Source of the DNA: Octopus vulgaris
Lineage: Eukaryota
Direction: 5' to 3'
NCBI GenBank assembly: GCA_951406725.2
Contig: OX597823.1
Location: 116,622,001-116,686,000, forward strand
Length of the DNA: 64,000 nucleotides
Shown here one piece after another: positions 13,166 through 27,208 of the stretch. Made by a program: the position numbers and the translations under genes. Position 1 is the first letter of the stretch. Every line of letters starts with the position of its first letter. The notes below the pieces were generated by a model. The model had not been told where the DNA came from, did no database searches, and saw only the letters and a program-made list of their open reading frames with translations.

Positions 13166-14427
13166 AGTCAAGTACTGGGATAAATGTTATTGACTTTCAC
13201 CTCCTCCTAAAAACTCATGGTCCTCTGCCAGTTTTAACCTATTTACAGTACACGTGTGGCACATAGGGCTCACCTGGTTGACATTTCTTTCATATATAAA
13301 CTGTTGCAGACCCTAGGAAAGCCACTAATAAATCTAAACACACCAAAACACTCTTTCTATCTACCTTTTCCACACTAATTCATCTTGAAGCCCCTTCCAA
13401 GTTATGTGCCATCACAAATCCTTAACCCCGACACAAGATGGTTGTGTTCCTACTGTTTTATCATCCAACATACTCTCCCTTCCTCCTCTACAGACATTGT
13501 CCAATCTACTTAAGGGTTTATTTGCACCTTTAACAGCATTGACAAATATTCACTAGGCAAACACCAGAATACTTCATATAAATACATCTCCTGTCAGGTG
13601 ATAGCAGTGATGGTGGCAGTGATGATGTTGGCTAAGATTGTAATGGTGATGGGGGATGTTAGTATGGCCGTAATGGTGGTGGTGGTGGTGGTGGTGGTGG
13701 TGGTGGTAGTGGTGGTGGTGGTGGTGGTACATAGAAGCTAACGATGGAGATGCTGGTATTTGATTAAAGTTATCATACAGGCAATAATTAATGTCATGCA
13801 TGTAACTGGAAGCAATGACAGAAAGACTAAGGAAAATATAGAGAGAGATAGCAAAAGAGAAAGAAGGGCAAGAGAGAGAGAGAGAGAGAGGGGTGGATTT
13901 TGACATATATACATGCATACACACACCAGTATACATATATACTCAAATATAAATACACACATGTACACATTCCTCTACAGCCACACACAAACATATAATA
14001 TGCATACATGCATTCACACACATATTTGCATACATGTAATGTTAAACTAACAGCATGTGTGTGTGTGTGTATACACACATATATACATACATACATATAT
14101 ACATACATACATGCATATATATATGTGTATGTGTGTGTGTGTGTGTGTGTGTATGTATATATATATATATACATGCACACATACACATATATATGTATGT
14201 AGATATATAATATGTAACACACACACATATATATATATACACATATATATATACACATATATAAAAGGGTAAACAAGATCTATGTTGTGACTCCATTACA
14301 TACACGTATTCATGTCTCATGTACACATACATGTACATATACACATATGTAAACATATATACACAAATACAAATATCATTAGCTAGCCAATATATACATA
14401 TATATACATTATATATATATATATATC

Positions 14428-14509
<82 letters not shown>

Positions 14510-15379
14510 GAATAAACAAGCTTCTGAAAATGACTCCATTCTACAACATCCTAACATGAATTCATAACAGGGAACAGTTTTTAATCTTCCTCTTTTTATA
14601 TGATATTTTATTATTAGATTCGTCATCTCTAGTTTCCAACATTATATATATATGTTTATATTTGTATGTATATATGTATGTATATATATATAATACATAA
14701 ATATACATACATATATATATATTTTTTCCTACCAGTGACTATAACAATTTCAGACAGATCATCATCGTTCTACAACACAAGTTTGCTATATTTTGACAAG
14801 ATTTCTTTATTAAAAATGTAGACACTTCATCTGTGCCAGTCTCTATGTCTCAGTATAATGTCTAGGTTCAGAAAACATTGAAAGAGAAAGAGAGAGATGA
14901 TGAAGAAGAAGAAGAAGCATGGTGAAATGAAGAATAAGATGATGAGTGAGGGTGATTCTAACCTTAACAGGCAAGGTTAATTGAAAAGAATTGTCCCCCC
15001 TCTCTCTCTACATAAGAAGCTTTTTACCCTGGAGCCTGTAAAATATGGCAAGTTTTGATTCTGATAGGTTTTTGTTAAATATTCTCTCTTCTACTCTTGC
15101 ACACTGATAAATGGTGGTACTAATCTACAGATACACATGCACACACATGCATGCACATCTGCACACACACACACACACACACACACATGTAGACATATAA
15201 AAGCACTTGCATAAATATTCCATTCATACACACACAGACACAAATACATGTGAATGCATGCATGCACACACAAGATGCATATTTCATGTTAAGCATGATA
15301 TATAGAGAAGGTCTGTTTATGGGAAGGAATTTTTCATTGTTTGTGCAATCATATTTATATATGTCTGTCTATGAATCTC

Positions 15380-15418
<39 letters not shown>

Positions 15419-15654
15419 GAGCAAAATGCCCCTCGTCCAATGGATGGTGCTGAGTTGTCAAACATTTAAACCAAATTTTCTCAAAAACAACTTATCCGAC
15501 CATCCCATAGGCCTCCCCTTTGAGAAACACTGAATTAACCTAAATTTGAGACACCAGAAAAAGAAGAAATAAAGATAGACTTTTTTTCTATTCCAAAGAA
15601 AAACTACTTTATTCACACAACTATGCAACCAAAGAGTTTAAAGTAGTATCAATC

Positions 15655-15872
15655 ACAACAGCTGATGTACTTGCGCATACAAATGCACGTTCCCACGGCT
15701 TTATCGATCGCATTCTCACCTGGAATCGAGTTTGAAATTTTTTCAAGACCTATACACGCCTTGATACCGTCGGTGTCTACATATCAAATTTGAGCGCAGT
15801 CAGATGGAGGATGCCCAAGATCCTAGAAAACACACACACAGACAGACAGAACAGATTTTATATGATAGATAT
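15655..15872 (+). mobile_element. Possible Helitron/Helentron (DINE-like) non-autonomous 3' end
   Basis: CAAATTTGAGCGCAGTC... then (CA)n(GACA)n and TTTTATATGATAGAT terminus; pattern resemblance only. Confidence 0.35.
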
Positions 15873-15877
15873 ATTTA

Positions 15878-17105
15878 CAGGAGCTGGACAAAATAATGGA
15901 AACACCTTAAAATTTTAAACAAATTTATTTTAATATGGGGTAGGACAACCTTTGGCAGTAATTATGGCTTGGATTTAAAGTTTCAATTGTTTCCAAGGGA
16001 ATTTTTGTCCATTCTTCACCTAAAACAGTCTCCAGTTCTTGTAGTGATGATGGTGGAGGATATTGACTCCTTACTTGTTTTTCTAAAATGCACCATAAAT
16101 GTTCAAATAATATTGAGATCTGAGGACTGTGGTGGCCAGATAAGATGTTCAACTTTACTAGAATGTTCCTCGTGCCATTCAGTAACAACTTTAGCTATGT
16201 GAATCGGTGCATTATCATCCTGAAAGAATTGCATTTCTCTCTGGAAAGAGTTCTGCAACTATACAATGAATTTGATCAGATAAAATGCTTAAATAGTTTT
16301 GACTATTAATTCTGCCATGAAGGGAAACCATTGGGCCAGTGGATTTCCAAGATACAGCCCCCCCCCCCCAGATCATCACAGATCCTCCTCCATGTCTAAC
16401 AGTTGGAAGAAGGCAGTCTGGGTTAAATGCTTCTTTTGGCTGTCTCCACACGTATACTCAGCCGGTGGTTGGAAATATGGTAAAGAATGACTTGAATGAG
16501 AAAATAACATTCTTCCACTGCTCTAGGGACCAATTCTGTAGGTTTTTACTCCACTCTAAATGCTTTGCAACGTTTGTTTTTGAAAGAAGTGGTTTTCTGA
16601 TTGCAGCCCTCCTGTGAAATCAGGCTTTGTGCAGCTCCCAGTGAACAGTTTTTGTGGAAACTGGGTTCTTGAGGGGGTCATTAAGCTCTGCAGTAATTTT
16701 GGGAGCTGTACTTTTGTCATCCTTTCTAACAATTTGCATAAGAGTTCAACGGTCCCTATCTGAAAGTTTTGGTTTTATTCCGAGTTTTGTTTCGGTGAGG
16801 AGGTTTTTTCCTTCTTTCTCAAAGGCTGTCATTACTTTTGAGACAGTACTTCTTGATCCACCAAACATTTCGGCTGTTTTCATTATGCTAGCACCTGCCA
16901 TACGAGCACCAACAATTTGACCACTTTGAAAGTCTGATGTATCTGTCATTTAATGAATTTTAATTACCTTTTTCTGATGATATCTAAAAAGAAAGAGCAA
17001 TTTTAGCAAAACATATTAAGCAACACTAATAATAAATCCAAAAACATAAAAATAAACAAACTTCTGACAGTTTTATAGCTATTTCAAAATTATGATGCTA
17101 TGAGG
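15878..17105 (-). mobile_element. Tc1-family DNA transposon, near full length, one TIR lost
   Basis: TA-CAGGAGCTGGACAAAATAATGGAAACACC TIR at 15878; no matching TIR found near 17105. Confidence 0.9.
15925..16949 (-). pseudogene. Tc1 DD34E transposase pseudogene
   Basis: MTDTSDFQSGQIVGARMAGAS (HTH), VWRQPKEAFNPDCLLPTVRHGGGSVMIWG, FQDDNAPIH, WPPQSSDLNII; frameshifts, stops, first catalytic D lost (VIFSFKS). Confidence 0.92.
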
Positions 17106-17824
17106 TTGATAGTTATAGATAGATACACACACACACACACATACACACACACTCTGTCCAACCCATGCTAGCATGGAAAACATTAAATGATGAAGAGGCA
17201 ACTTAAAAATATGTGTGCGCATTTTTTTTTCTTTTATGTATACATATATATATGTATGTGTGTATGTATATATATATATATATATAAGGGGTTTCTATGA
17301 TTGTGTATAGAGAGATATATATTATTCAAAGGAATTCCAACTCTGTCTGTTTTTTATGTTTTATTTATATTCTTTATAATATTAATGTAGAACATAGAAT
17401 ATATTGTATAAATAGTATATACAGAGAGTAAAATGAAATGAAGTATTGATTGTCTTATTGAGTAGATGAAATGTTGAATATCAAATATTAAGGGACTATA
17501 TACAAGGGCCCGGGAACAGGGGGTGCAAGATCAAAATTTGCAGCCCCTACATAATCTTACCAGCTTCAGAAAAAAGTGTCTAAAATCTGTCGGTATAAAA
17601 TGCTTAATTTCGATCTCGTTTCAAAACAAAAAATAAATGAATAAATAAAAGCGATGAAGCTGGCATAAAATTCCCTGGGGAGTTTATGACCCCTAACTTC
17701 TGAAGGAAAGTAGTGTCAAAATACAAAAAAATAAGTGACAATGACAACAGTAGCAGCAACAATAACAACAAACCAGCATGTATGGTTAATTTTGAATATA
17801 TAGCATTACTTGAATTATTGAAGA

Positions 17825-18521
17825 CAGCTGCCACCCAGCTATGGTCCACTTGGACCAATCAAAAGCGTTCGATAGGGTGGACCATCAGTATCTGGCAGCG
17901 GCTGGCTTCGGCCCGACCTTCCGCAGATGGATCAACGCTTTATACAGCAACATCGCCTCTGTAATCACTTACTGCCTGACCGTCGTGCCTTGCCCCGATT
18001 CGTGGCTGAACAAGCTGGAATGCATGCTCTTTCTCTCTTTGTGGAGGGGCAGCAAACCTCTTGTAAGGTGCTCTATTTGCTGCCAAAAGCTGCTGAAGGG
18101 TGGGTTAAGGATGCCGTGACTAAAAATGTGCTCAGGCTTAGGCACCTCTGGCTTTACCTGGACGGTGAGCAGGTGTGGTGTCTGTTTGTCAAGCTGTTAT
18201 TTTCACAGTTCACATCATTTACCAAACTGAACCCATAGATCAAGTGTAGACCGAGGTTGGGCGTGTGGCATGTAGAGTGACATCAGGCACTCGTGCTTCT
18301 CTCCCAGTCGGGCAACACCGGTGGCGGGGGTACTACCTCGTTCTTCTATAGAGGGTTAGTAGACTTTAAGTGTGACGACATCCTGGGAGAAACCCTGGGC
18401 TTCGATGAAAATCAACTGGCCAGCCTGTTCCAAAGAATATTCGGTTGGGGGCCTATGGATAATTACAAAAAGTCCCTGGCCTGGCAATGTTACAGAGGAG
18501 CTTTACCAGTTTGAGATAAGC
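17825..18521 (+). pseudogene. Internally deleted Tx1/L1-clade reverse transcriptase ORF fragment
   Basis: HLDQSKAFDRVDHQYL (RT motif), GFGPTFRRWINALYSNI fused directly to post-RT SVITYCLTVVPCP...LWRG...GGLRMP, then AWQCYRGALPV. Confidence 0.85.
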
Positions 18522-18522
18522 G

Positions 18523-18937
18523 GATGTGCGCTACTTGCTGTAAATTGAGCTGGGTTAACCATGTAATACAAAAAGAAAATTGTAGATAAAACAAATATAA
18601 AAGTGAAAAATAATCATTGAATACTGAAAAAAACATTCATCTCCCCTAACCCTAAACAATCAAACTAAAGCGTTTGACCTGGTCATAAAAACAAAAAAAA
18701 AACCCCTAAACCCCAACCTTCAACCTAACCCTAAACCCTAACCCCTGACCTTTAATAAAATATGGGAAAAGCTGGAGATGAATGTTTTGAAAACATTCTG
18801 AACTATTTTTCAGAATGGTTTACTTTTCAATGAAATATCATTTTGTTATTTTTCATGTTTTTATTCAGTTTATCTGCAATTTTCTTCTTGTATTAGATGG
18901 ATAACCCACCCTCCATTTACAGCAAGTACCGCACATC
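18523..18937. mobile_element. MITE with ~70-bp TIRs and internal CCCTAA-like repeats
   Basis: GATGTGCGCTACTTGCTGTAAATTGAG...AGAAAATTGTAGATAAA mirrored at 18869-18937; CCTAACCCTAAACCCTAACCC at ~18724-18744. Confidence 0.8.
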
Positions 18938-19137
18938 TCGTTGTTTACCTGTATGCTAAAATCGACTACTTACAACTAACATGCTCGCATGTGCAAATTT
19001 GTGACATGCACACTCCCAGAACTCGGATCCACACTTCTACAGTAGTGCCAAATTTTGGAACTGAGTTTGCACCCACTAAGAAAATTTTGTTCCTGGGCCA
19101 CTGACTATATGTATATATATATGTATATATATATATC

Positions 19138-19920
19138 AGTGGTGACTCTGTTACTTGGGTTGTTCGGGCTTAACCTGAGTATAAATTTAGTAAAGTGAAA
19201 GTATATGTGCAAGCTGGTTTAATTTCTGCTAATACTAACTTCATGTATGTAATTGCAGCCAATAACTCTGGCTTCTTTTATTGAGCTTGGTCGCAGTTCA
19301 TTTATTTTCATTCAGTGTCTAGCAGACATCTTAGAGATGCTCTAGGTAAAAATATATCATTCATAGAAGACGTTCTCTCAACATTGTTCACACATTCCTG
19401 ACTTGAGCTCAGAAGTTACAGCCTGAGTTATTATCTATAATCATAAAAATTAAAAGTAATTTAAATTCAATGTCTTCTTGAAACAATGAATGTTTATAGA
19501 GATTAGGGTTTAAATTCCAGTCTATGAAAAGTTTCCGTTCTACAATATTCTTGAAAGAACCAAAAATTACCCAGCAACTCAGGCTAATATGAACAAGCCT
19601 GGTAGGTGTAAAAGACTAACGAGCATTTCTTGTCAAGAGTACAGGTAACAGTCAGGTCACTGATGCTTGTTGTGCACTCCACTGTCGTTATTTGATTGTT
19701 GTTATTCTGTGGGTCTGTGTGAAGCAGTCAGTTGTGCTTTGCAGGGTTGTTTTGTTTTGACCCTTAACTTAGAAATGCAGAAAAACATAGTGTCAGATGT
19801 AAAAAAAATAAGCCGTTTGGGGCTAGAAATAAAGTGGAAAAACATGAATTTCTGTGAGCAGGAACATGTCTTATGCAAAATATGTGATGAGCTCGAGTGA
19901 TGCGGATCACTTAGAGTTGC

Positions 19921-19925
<5 letters not shown>
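19138..19925. mobile_element. hAT-like non-autonomous element inserted in (TA)n
   Basis: Ends CAGTGGTGACTCT / CAGAGGCAACTCT (reverse complement), both flanked by TA runs. Confidence 0.5.
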
Positions 19926-19966
<41 letters not shown>

Positions 19967-20102
19967 GTTGACTGTCCACCTTTCGTGTTCAGTCCTTAAT
20001 TGGTATATATAAATATTTTAATCTTCAGATTCTTTTTAATGTGCTAGACCACTGGTTTTAATTGACTAACATCAATTTTTACCCTTAATTTTTAAATATA
20101 TA

Positions 20103-20143
<41 letters not shown>

Positions 20144-20414
20144 CATATATATATATGTGTATGTATCTGAACTTATACATATATATATATATATATATAT
20201 AAGTTCAGATACATATATATATATATATATAATATAAGTTCATACATACATATATATATATATATATGTATAAGTTCAGATACATACACATATATATATA
20301 TGTACATACATATACATACATACATATATATATATATATATCAGAGGCAACTCTAAGTCATCAGCATCACTCAGGCTCATCACAGATTTCGCATATATAA
20401 GTTCAGATACATAT

Positions 20415-20645
20415 ATCCTCTGGCCGAAATCAGATCACCATGTTGATTCGTTAGCTACTGCACGCATTTTTTTTCTCTCCTTCTTTCTGTGTTTTTCTCT
20501 CTCTGTGTATCTTTCTGTTGAAGAGCGTAGGCTCGAAACGTTAAAGACTTGTTTTATTTATATTTCCCGAGCGCCATACTAATACAATTGTTCGTTTGTT
20601 TTCCACCTGCCTTCGTCTTTTGTTTATTTTCATAAAGCTTCCCGT

Positions 20646-20648
<3 letters not shown>
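20415..20648 (+). mobile_element. Penelope-like pLTR fragment with minimal hammerhead (CUGUUGA variant)
   Basis: CTTT-CTGTTGA-A-GAGC-GTAG-GCTC-GAAAC-GTT-AAAG at 20511-20546. Confidence 0.65.
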
Positions 20649-20686
<38 letters not shown>

Positions 20687-21489
20687 AGTTTGGATACATA
20701 TATATATATATATATAAATATACGCATATGAGTATATGAATACATGCATATATTTACATATGTATGTATACATGTGTATGCATTTATACATATGGATATA
20801 TAATACATACATCCACATACATATATATGTTTGTATGTTCGTTTTCTTGTTTTTAATTATTTAAATTCTTCCTCTCAGGATGGATCTGGACTCTAACAAA
20901 GATATAAAGCTCTATCATTGAAATATAGATAACAAAAATAATGTCACATTTTAAACTTCAGAAAAGTCTTGCATATTTTTACTGTTCCGCTTACAGATTG
21001 TATTTGTAATGTGCAAGTTCGTTGGTTGGTTTCTTTTTCTGAAGCCCCTAGCTTATCCAGATTGTCACTCAGGCATTTACTCACAAAACCAAGTGCAATA
21101 ATTATTATTGGTAAAAGTGTGAATTTATAATTTAGCTGCAAAAGCTGGATGTTTGAAAGCAGTTGTCTCTGCCTGTCTGTCTGTATGTATATATGTAATG
21201 CAATGTGCGTGTGTGTGACTGTTGTACAAACACATACACACACACACACACGCACACACTGTAATACAGATGTGACTGCATGGTTAGAAAGTTTGCTTCC
21301 CAACCACATAGTTTCGTGTTCAATCACTCAGTGTGACACCTTGAGCAAGTGCCTTTTGCTATGGCTCTGGACAAATTAAAGCCTTGTGAGTTGATTCATT
21401 GAGAGAAACTAACAGAAGTTTGTCACACAAATACATACATGTGTGTGCGTGTGTGTTGTATGTTTGGGTCTCTTTGTCTTGTCACCAGA

Positions 21490-21800
21490 TCATCATCATC
21501 ATCATCATCATTTAACGTCCGCTTTCCATGCTAGCATTGGTTGGACGATTTGACTGAGGTCTGGCGAACCAGACTCCAGTCTAATCTGGCAGAGTTTCGA
21601 CAGCTGGATGCCCTTCCTAATGCCAACCACTCTGAGGGTGTAGTGGGTGCTTTTATGTGCCACTGGCACGAGGGCCAGTTTGGTGGTACTGGCAACGGCC
21701 ACGCTCAAATGGTACTTTTTACGTGCCACCGGCACAGGAGCCAGTCCAACGGCACTAGTGACGACCTCGCTCGAATGTTTTTTTTTCACGTGCCACCAGT
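21490..21800 (-). mobile_element. RTE-type 3' UTR/tail fragment, next to a SINE B head (21268-21425, plus)
   Basis: (CAT)n TTTAACGTCCGCTTTCCATGCTAGC; homologous to 1650-1945. Confidence 0.8.
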
Positions 21801-22067
21801 GATATCTATAGATGAGTGCCACTGACCGTGACAGTGACATATTGTATGATTCCTTTCTAATATTCTTCAAAAACCCATTTAATCTCAGCTTAATGACAGT
21901 CGTAGCAGAGATGCCAATTACAGAAAGGGCTTTTTTTCATGCACCATGCATTCACTACTAGCATAGCTTCCCCTGTGTCCATGAGCGTCCAGTGTTACCC
22001 ATCACGCTTTTGACTCAGCAGAGCATCAAAGACATGACAGGTGATAGGGGAGAGGTAGCAGAATATA

Positions 22068-22286
22068 CCAGGCAATACTGAAAAGTTCCCGGCCTTGAGT
22101 GAAAGAAAATGCAGGAGGATCAGTTAATTATGATTTTATTCAACATATTCCCCTCCTCTCAGATTCAGAAGCTTATTGCAGCACCCCTTCAGTTTTTTTA
22201 AGCCCTGTAAAAGAGCTTGTGGGCATTTGGCCCCCAACCAGGCCTTTACTATACCCTTAAAGCCAGGAACATTTTAGCACCCCTGA
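22068..22286 (-). mobile_element. Mariner-derived MITE
   Basis: TA-flanked TIRs ..CTGAAAAGTTCC / GGAACATTTTAGCACCCC; inverted homolog of 50221-50430. Confidence 0.7.
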
Positions 22287-22817
22287 TATTTACCTCATAG
22301 GTGAAAGCCAGAGTTATTCAAAGGTAAACGCTATCCCTCTTATTGTATCACTGCCACAGTGCGTGTACAGCTTTTTAGACATCCAGCATTGCTATCTGTT
22401 GGAGCAATGCACCATACTCTGTGTGCAGCTGCCATGCTTTTGTACTTTGTGCTCTCTGATGAGATAGTTGGTCACCTTTATTTTTGCTTCCTGTGGACTT
22501 ATTGCTGTTTAACCCAGATCAGCTCTGATTGAGTAGAACAATGTTCTAGCCACAAGCATACCATCTGTTTTATACCCATTTAAAGACAATTGTGTGATTT
22601 GATGGGTAATTGGTTGCTATTTCTGGCAAGTTTGAGTACCCAGGTACTGGTGGCCTTGTAAGTAAAACTTATGGAACAGATTACAGCATTTGATTATGGC
22701 AACACTGATTCAAAATTATTTCTAGATTTGTTAATATCTAATTCAGTAATCAAAACAGATTATCTCTGATGAAGAATGGCAAAATTAATAATTTAGATCT
22801 GGGTTCTAATCCTATAT

Positions 22818-23185
22818 TAACAGTTATTGCAAAGCTAATATGGCAGTCCATAAATATAAGACTAAAGCTGTCGATGATTAGCTCCAAGAGGCCATCGCCT
22901 CTAGCTAGCTATATGACACACGAACCTGCATCCAGGGCAAATACCCTGAAACATGTCTGCAGATGCCTGACCAGCAAGGGGAAGTGGCTGACCTTCCCTG
23001 TTCAACGGTTATAATGGACACAGGTCCGTGTTTCATATAGCTAGCTAGAGGCGATGGCCTCTTGGAGCTAATCAATGGCAGCTTTAGTCCTATATTTATG
23101 GACTGCCATATTAGCTTGGCGATAACTGTTACTATCCAATATTGCTGCCGTAGTCTCCTTTAGAGAGACTTAGAAATAATAATGA
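22818..23185 (+). mobile_element. Palindromic mini-element: 117-bp inverted arms, 80-bp spacer, one-sided tail ending AATAATAAT, 12-15 bp TSD
   Basis: Arms 22818-22934 and 23015-23131; TTCTAATCCTAT at 22804-22815 and 23186-23197; spacer starts AGGG-CAAATA-CCCT-GAAAC-AT-GTC. Confidence 0.8.
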
Positions 23186-24562
23186 TTCTAATCCTATTTT
23201 ACAGATAAACACAAATTCAACAACTACAACAATCACAACAATAATCCTCTATAATCCAGGCACAAGGCCTGAAACTTTGTAAGGGGCGGGGGTAATTAAT
23301 TACATCAACCCAAATGCTTGACTGGTATTTTATTTAACTGACCCCAAATGTAGTAAAGACAAAGCTGACCTTGACAGGATTTGAACTCAGAAGAAATCCT
23401 GAGATTCTTTGTCTAGCACATTAACAATTCTGCTAGCAGATATTGAGAATCTTAGAGCTGTAGGGAGGGCAAATGAAATTGTATAAATATGTGTTTCTTA
23501 ACAGAATTATTAGCATAAAAGAAGTGAATTTTCTCTAGCAACAACAATTAACATTACTATACAAACACTCTTTATTTTCAGCTTCTAGTTTGAAGATTTA
23601 TTGTGCACACACAAACAGAGATACGTGGGCGTATGTTTGAGCATGAGCATGAGTGTTTATCAGTAAGATACACACACACTCACACACACACACATACACA
23701 AATACACACACACACAAACACATACGCACAAACACACACACAGACACACACACAAACACTCCCACATGCATGGACACACACATACACACAAACACCCACC
23801 CACACCCACACAAACACACCCACACAAACACACCCACACACACACTCAAACACACACACAAACACATGCACACTCATTTTAATCAGTAATATATATGTAT
23901 CTATATATCTACACACGTAATACATACATACATACACACATCTACAGAATTGGACAAGATTCAATGGTAATTTTAAGTTTTCATATATATATACACACAC
24001 ACACATTTATACATATATATACGTAAAAAATATATATATTCTTTTTATTTATTCTCCTCATGTTTTCTACTCTCAATTAAAATTGTGCTTGCCACAGGCA
24101 TTATTATGTATGTCCCCTTTTCCACAAGCACTGCCAATATCTACTTTAAATATTACAAGTGAAAAAAATATATCATATAAATGTTAATCCCCATGAAATA
24201 TTAAATATATGCACAGCCATAGCTGTATGGTTAAGGAATTCATTCTGCAGTTATATGTTTCTTGGTTCATTCCCATTGCATAGCTCTTTGGGTAGGCAGC
24301 CTGTTGCCTTTGGTTAATCCTAGAATTTTGGGAAAAGGATTGTTTAAAAGCCTGTCTTGTATGATTATTATCTTCATGATCGTTTTTATATGCTTTCCAT
24401 GCTGGTATGTGTTGGATGCACTGGAGAACCACATCTTACTAATGTCTTTGCTCTTTTTAATAACAATTTTACAGAGTGCACTGGGTGCATTTTATCATGG
24501 CGCTAAAACTAGAAAAGTTGTCACATCGACAAAGCTGAAGTATCCTTTTAGGTCCACACTTA

Positions 24563-25745
<1,183 letters not shown>

Positions 25746-26364
25746 ATATATATATATATAACTGGCACTCCATTAGTTATAACAAGAGTTTCAGTTCATC
25801 CAAGGAACAGCCTGCTCAATAAATTAACATGCATGTGGCTGAGCACTCCACAGACAAGTGTACCCTCCTTAATCTAGATTAAGATATCAAGATTGTGAGT
25901 GTCACACCCTACTAACCACTACCTATACAGGGAGAGAGAGTGAGACTGTATACCTGTCTGTGTTCATGGCTATTGTTGCAAAACAAAAGTTGCTACTGCA
26001 TCCTAAAGCATAACTTCGTAGTTCCATGAACATAGATTTGCAAAATAAGTACTGGGGGCTGGTTGTAATGCACCAGCAGAGTCACAAGTCAGTGACTGAA
26101 ATCAGTAATTTGTAGGTATTGGTATGTGTGTATTGTATTATATCATTGTCAAAATGTCGGTAACTCTGATGAAATTAGTTAGAGGGAATGGAACTACTCT
26201 AAGCATTTGCCTGCAGATTTGAGAATAACAGCTGAGTGAAGACTCATGCTCTTGCTCATCCCAAGATTCTGGATGTGTGGCATTTCTTCTTTGAGCTTAG
26301 GTGGAGGCTCTCGTTTATCAGGCAAACTGCATCATCCATGTAACCGCAATATTTTGTATACTAT

Positions 26365-26710
26365 AGGCATGGCTGTGTGGTAAGAAGCTTGCTTCCTAGC
26401 CACCATGATTCAGTCTCACTGCAGGGCATCTTGGGCAAGTGTCTTCTACTATAGCCTTAGGCCAACCAAAGCTTTGTGAGTGGATTTGGTAGACAGAAAC
26501 TGAAAAAAGCCTGTCGTATGTATATATGTATATGAAATATGTTGACAGCTGATGTTGGTGTGTTTATGCACCTGTAACTTAGCAGTTTGGCAAAAGAGGC
26601 TGACAGAATAAGTACTAGGCTTACAACGAATAAATCCTGGAGTCGATTTCTTCGGCTAAAGGTTGTGCTCCAGCATGGCTGCAGTCAAAGGACTGAAACA
26701 AGTAAAGGAA
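26365..26710 (+). mobile_element. SINE family B, full length
   Basis: Head, short TA tract and tail match other copies. Confidence 0.85.
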
Positions 26711-26954
26711 TATAAAAAAAATAAACAGCAGGCAGAGATATGAACTTGTAACCCATTGCATTGAAACTCTAGAAACATTTGACTGTTGATTCGATGGCAG
26801 AATAATCATAATCCAGAAGTCAAGTAAAGTGAATGCCATTGAGTGCTAGAAGTAAGTATAAAGTTATTTGTACTCATTTCCATTGATAAGGCAAAAGTAT
26901 GGCAGAGATTACTTATCAAAATGTATACTACGTTGAGATAATCCTGACAGATAC

Positions 26955-26985
<31 letters not shown>

Positions 26986-27208
26986 TCTGTATATATATAT
27001 ATATAGGTAGGTAGGTAGATATAGATATAGTTACATATATGTGTGTGATACTTCTGTAAGATAAGAAATAACAGAATGTAGAAAAAGTAATACAGGAATT
27101 CTTAAAACATTCTTAAGAATTAAGATATATGGCTAGTTGTAAAGAAATCTCTGTCTTAAAATAATGTAGTATTAAACAAATATTGACTGTGATTTACGGC
27201 GTATTTAA

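Larger units (their letters stand above)
17503..19103. mobile_element. Non-autonomous hAT-like element (1.6 kb) with nested cargo
   Basis: TIRs CAAGGGCCCGGGAACA / CAGTGGCCCAGGAACA (reverse complement); 8-bp TSD ACTATATA (17495-17502) / ACTATATG (19104-19111). Confidence 0.75.
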
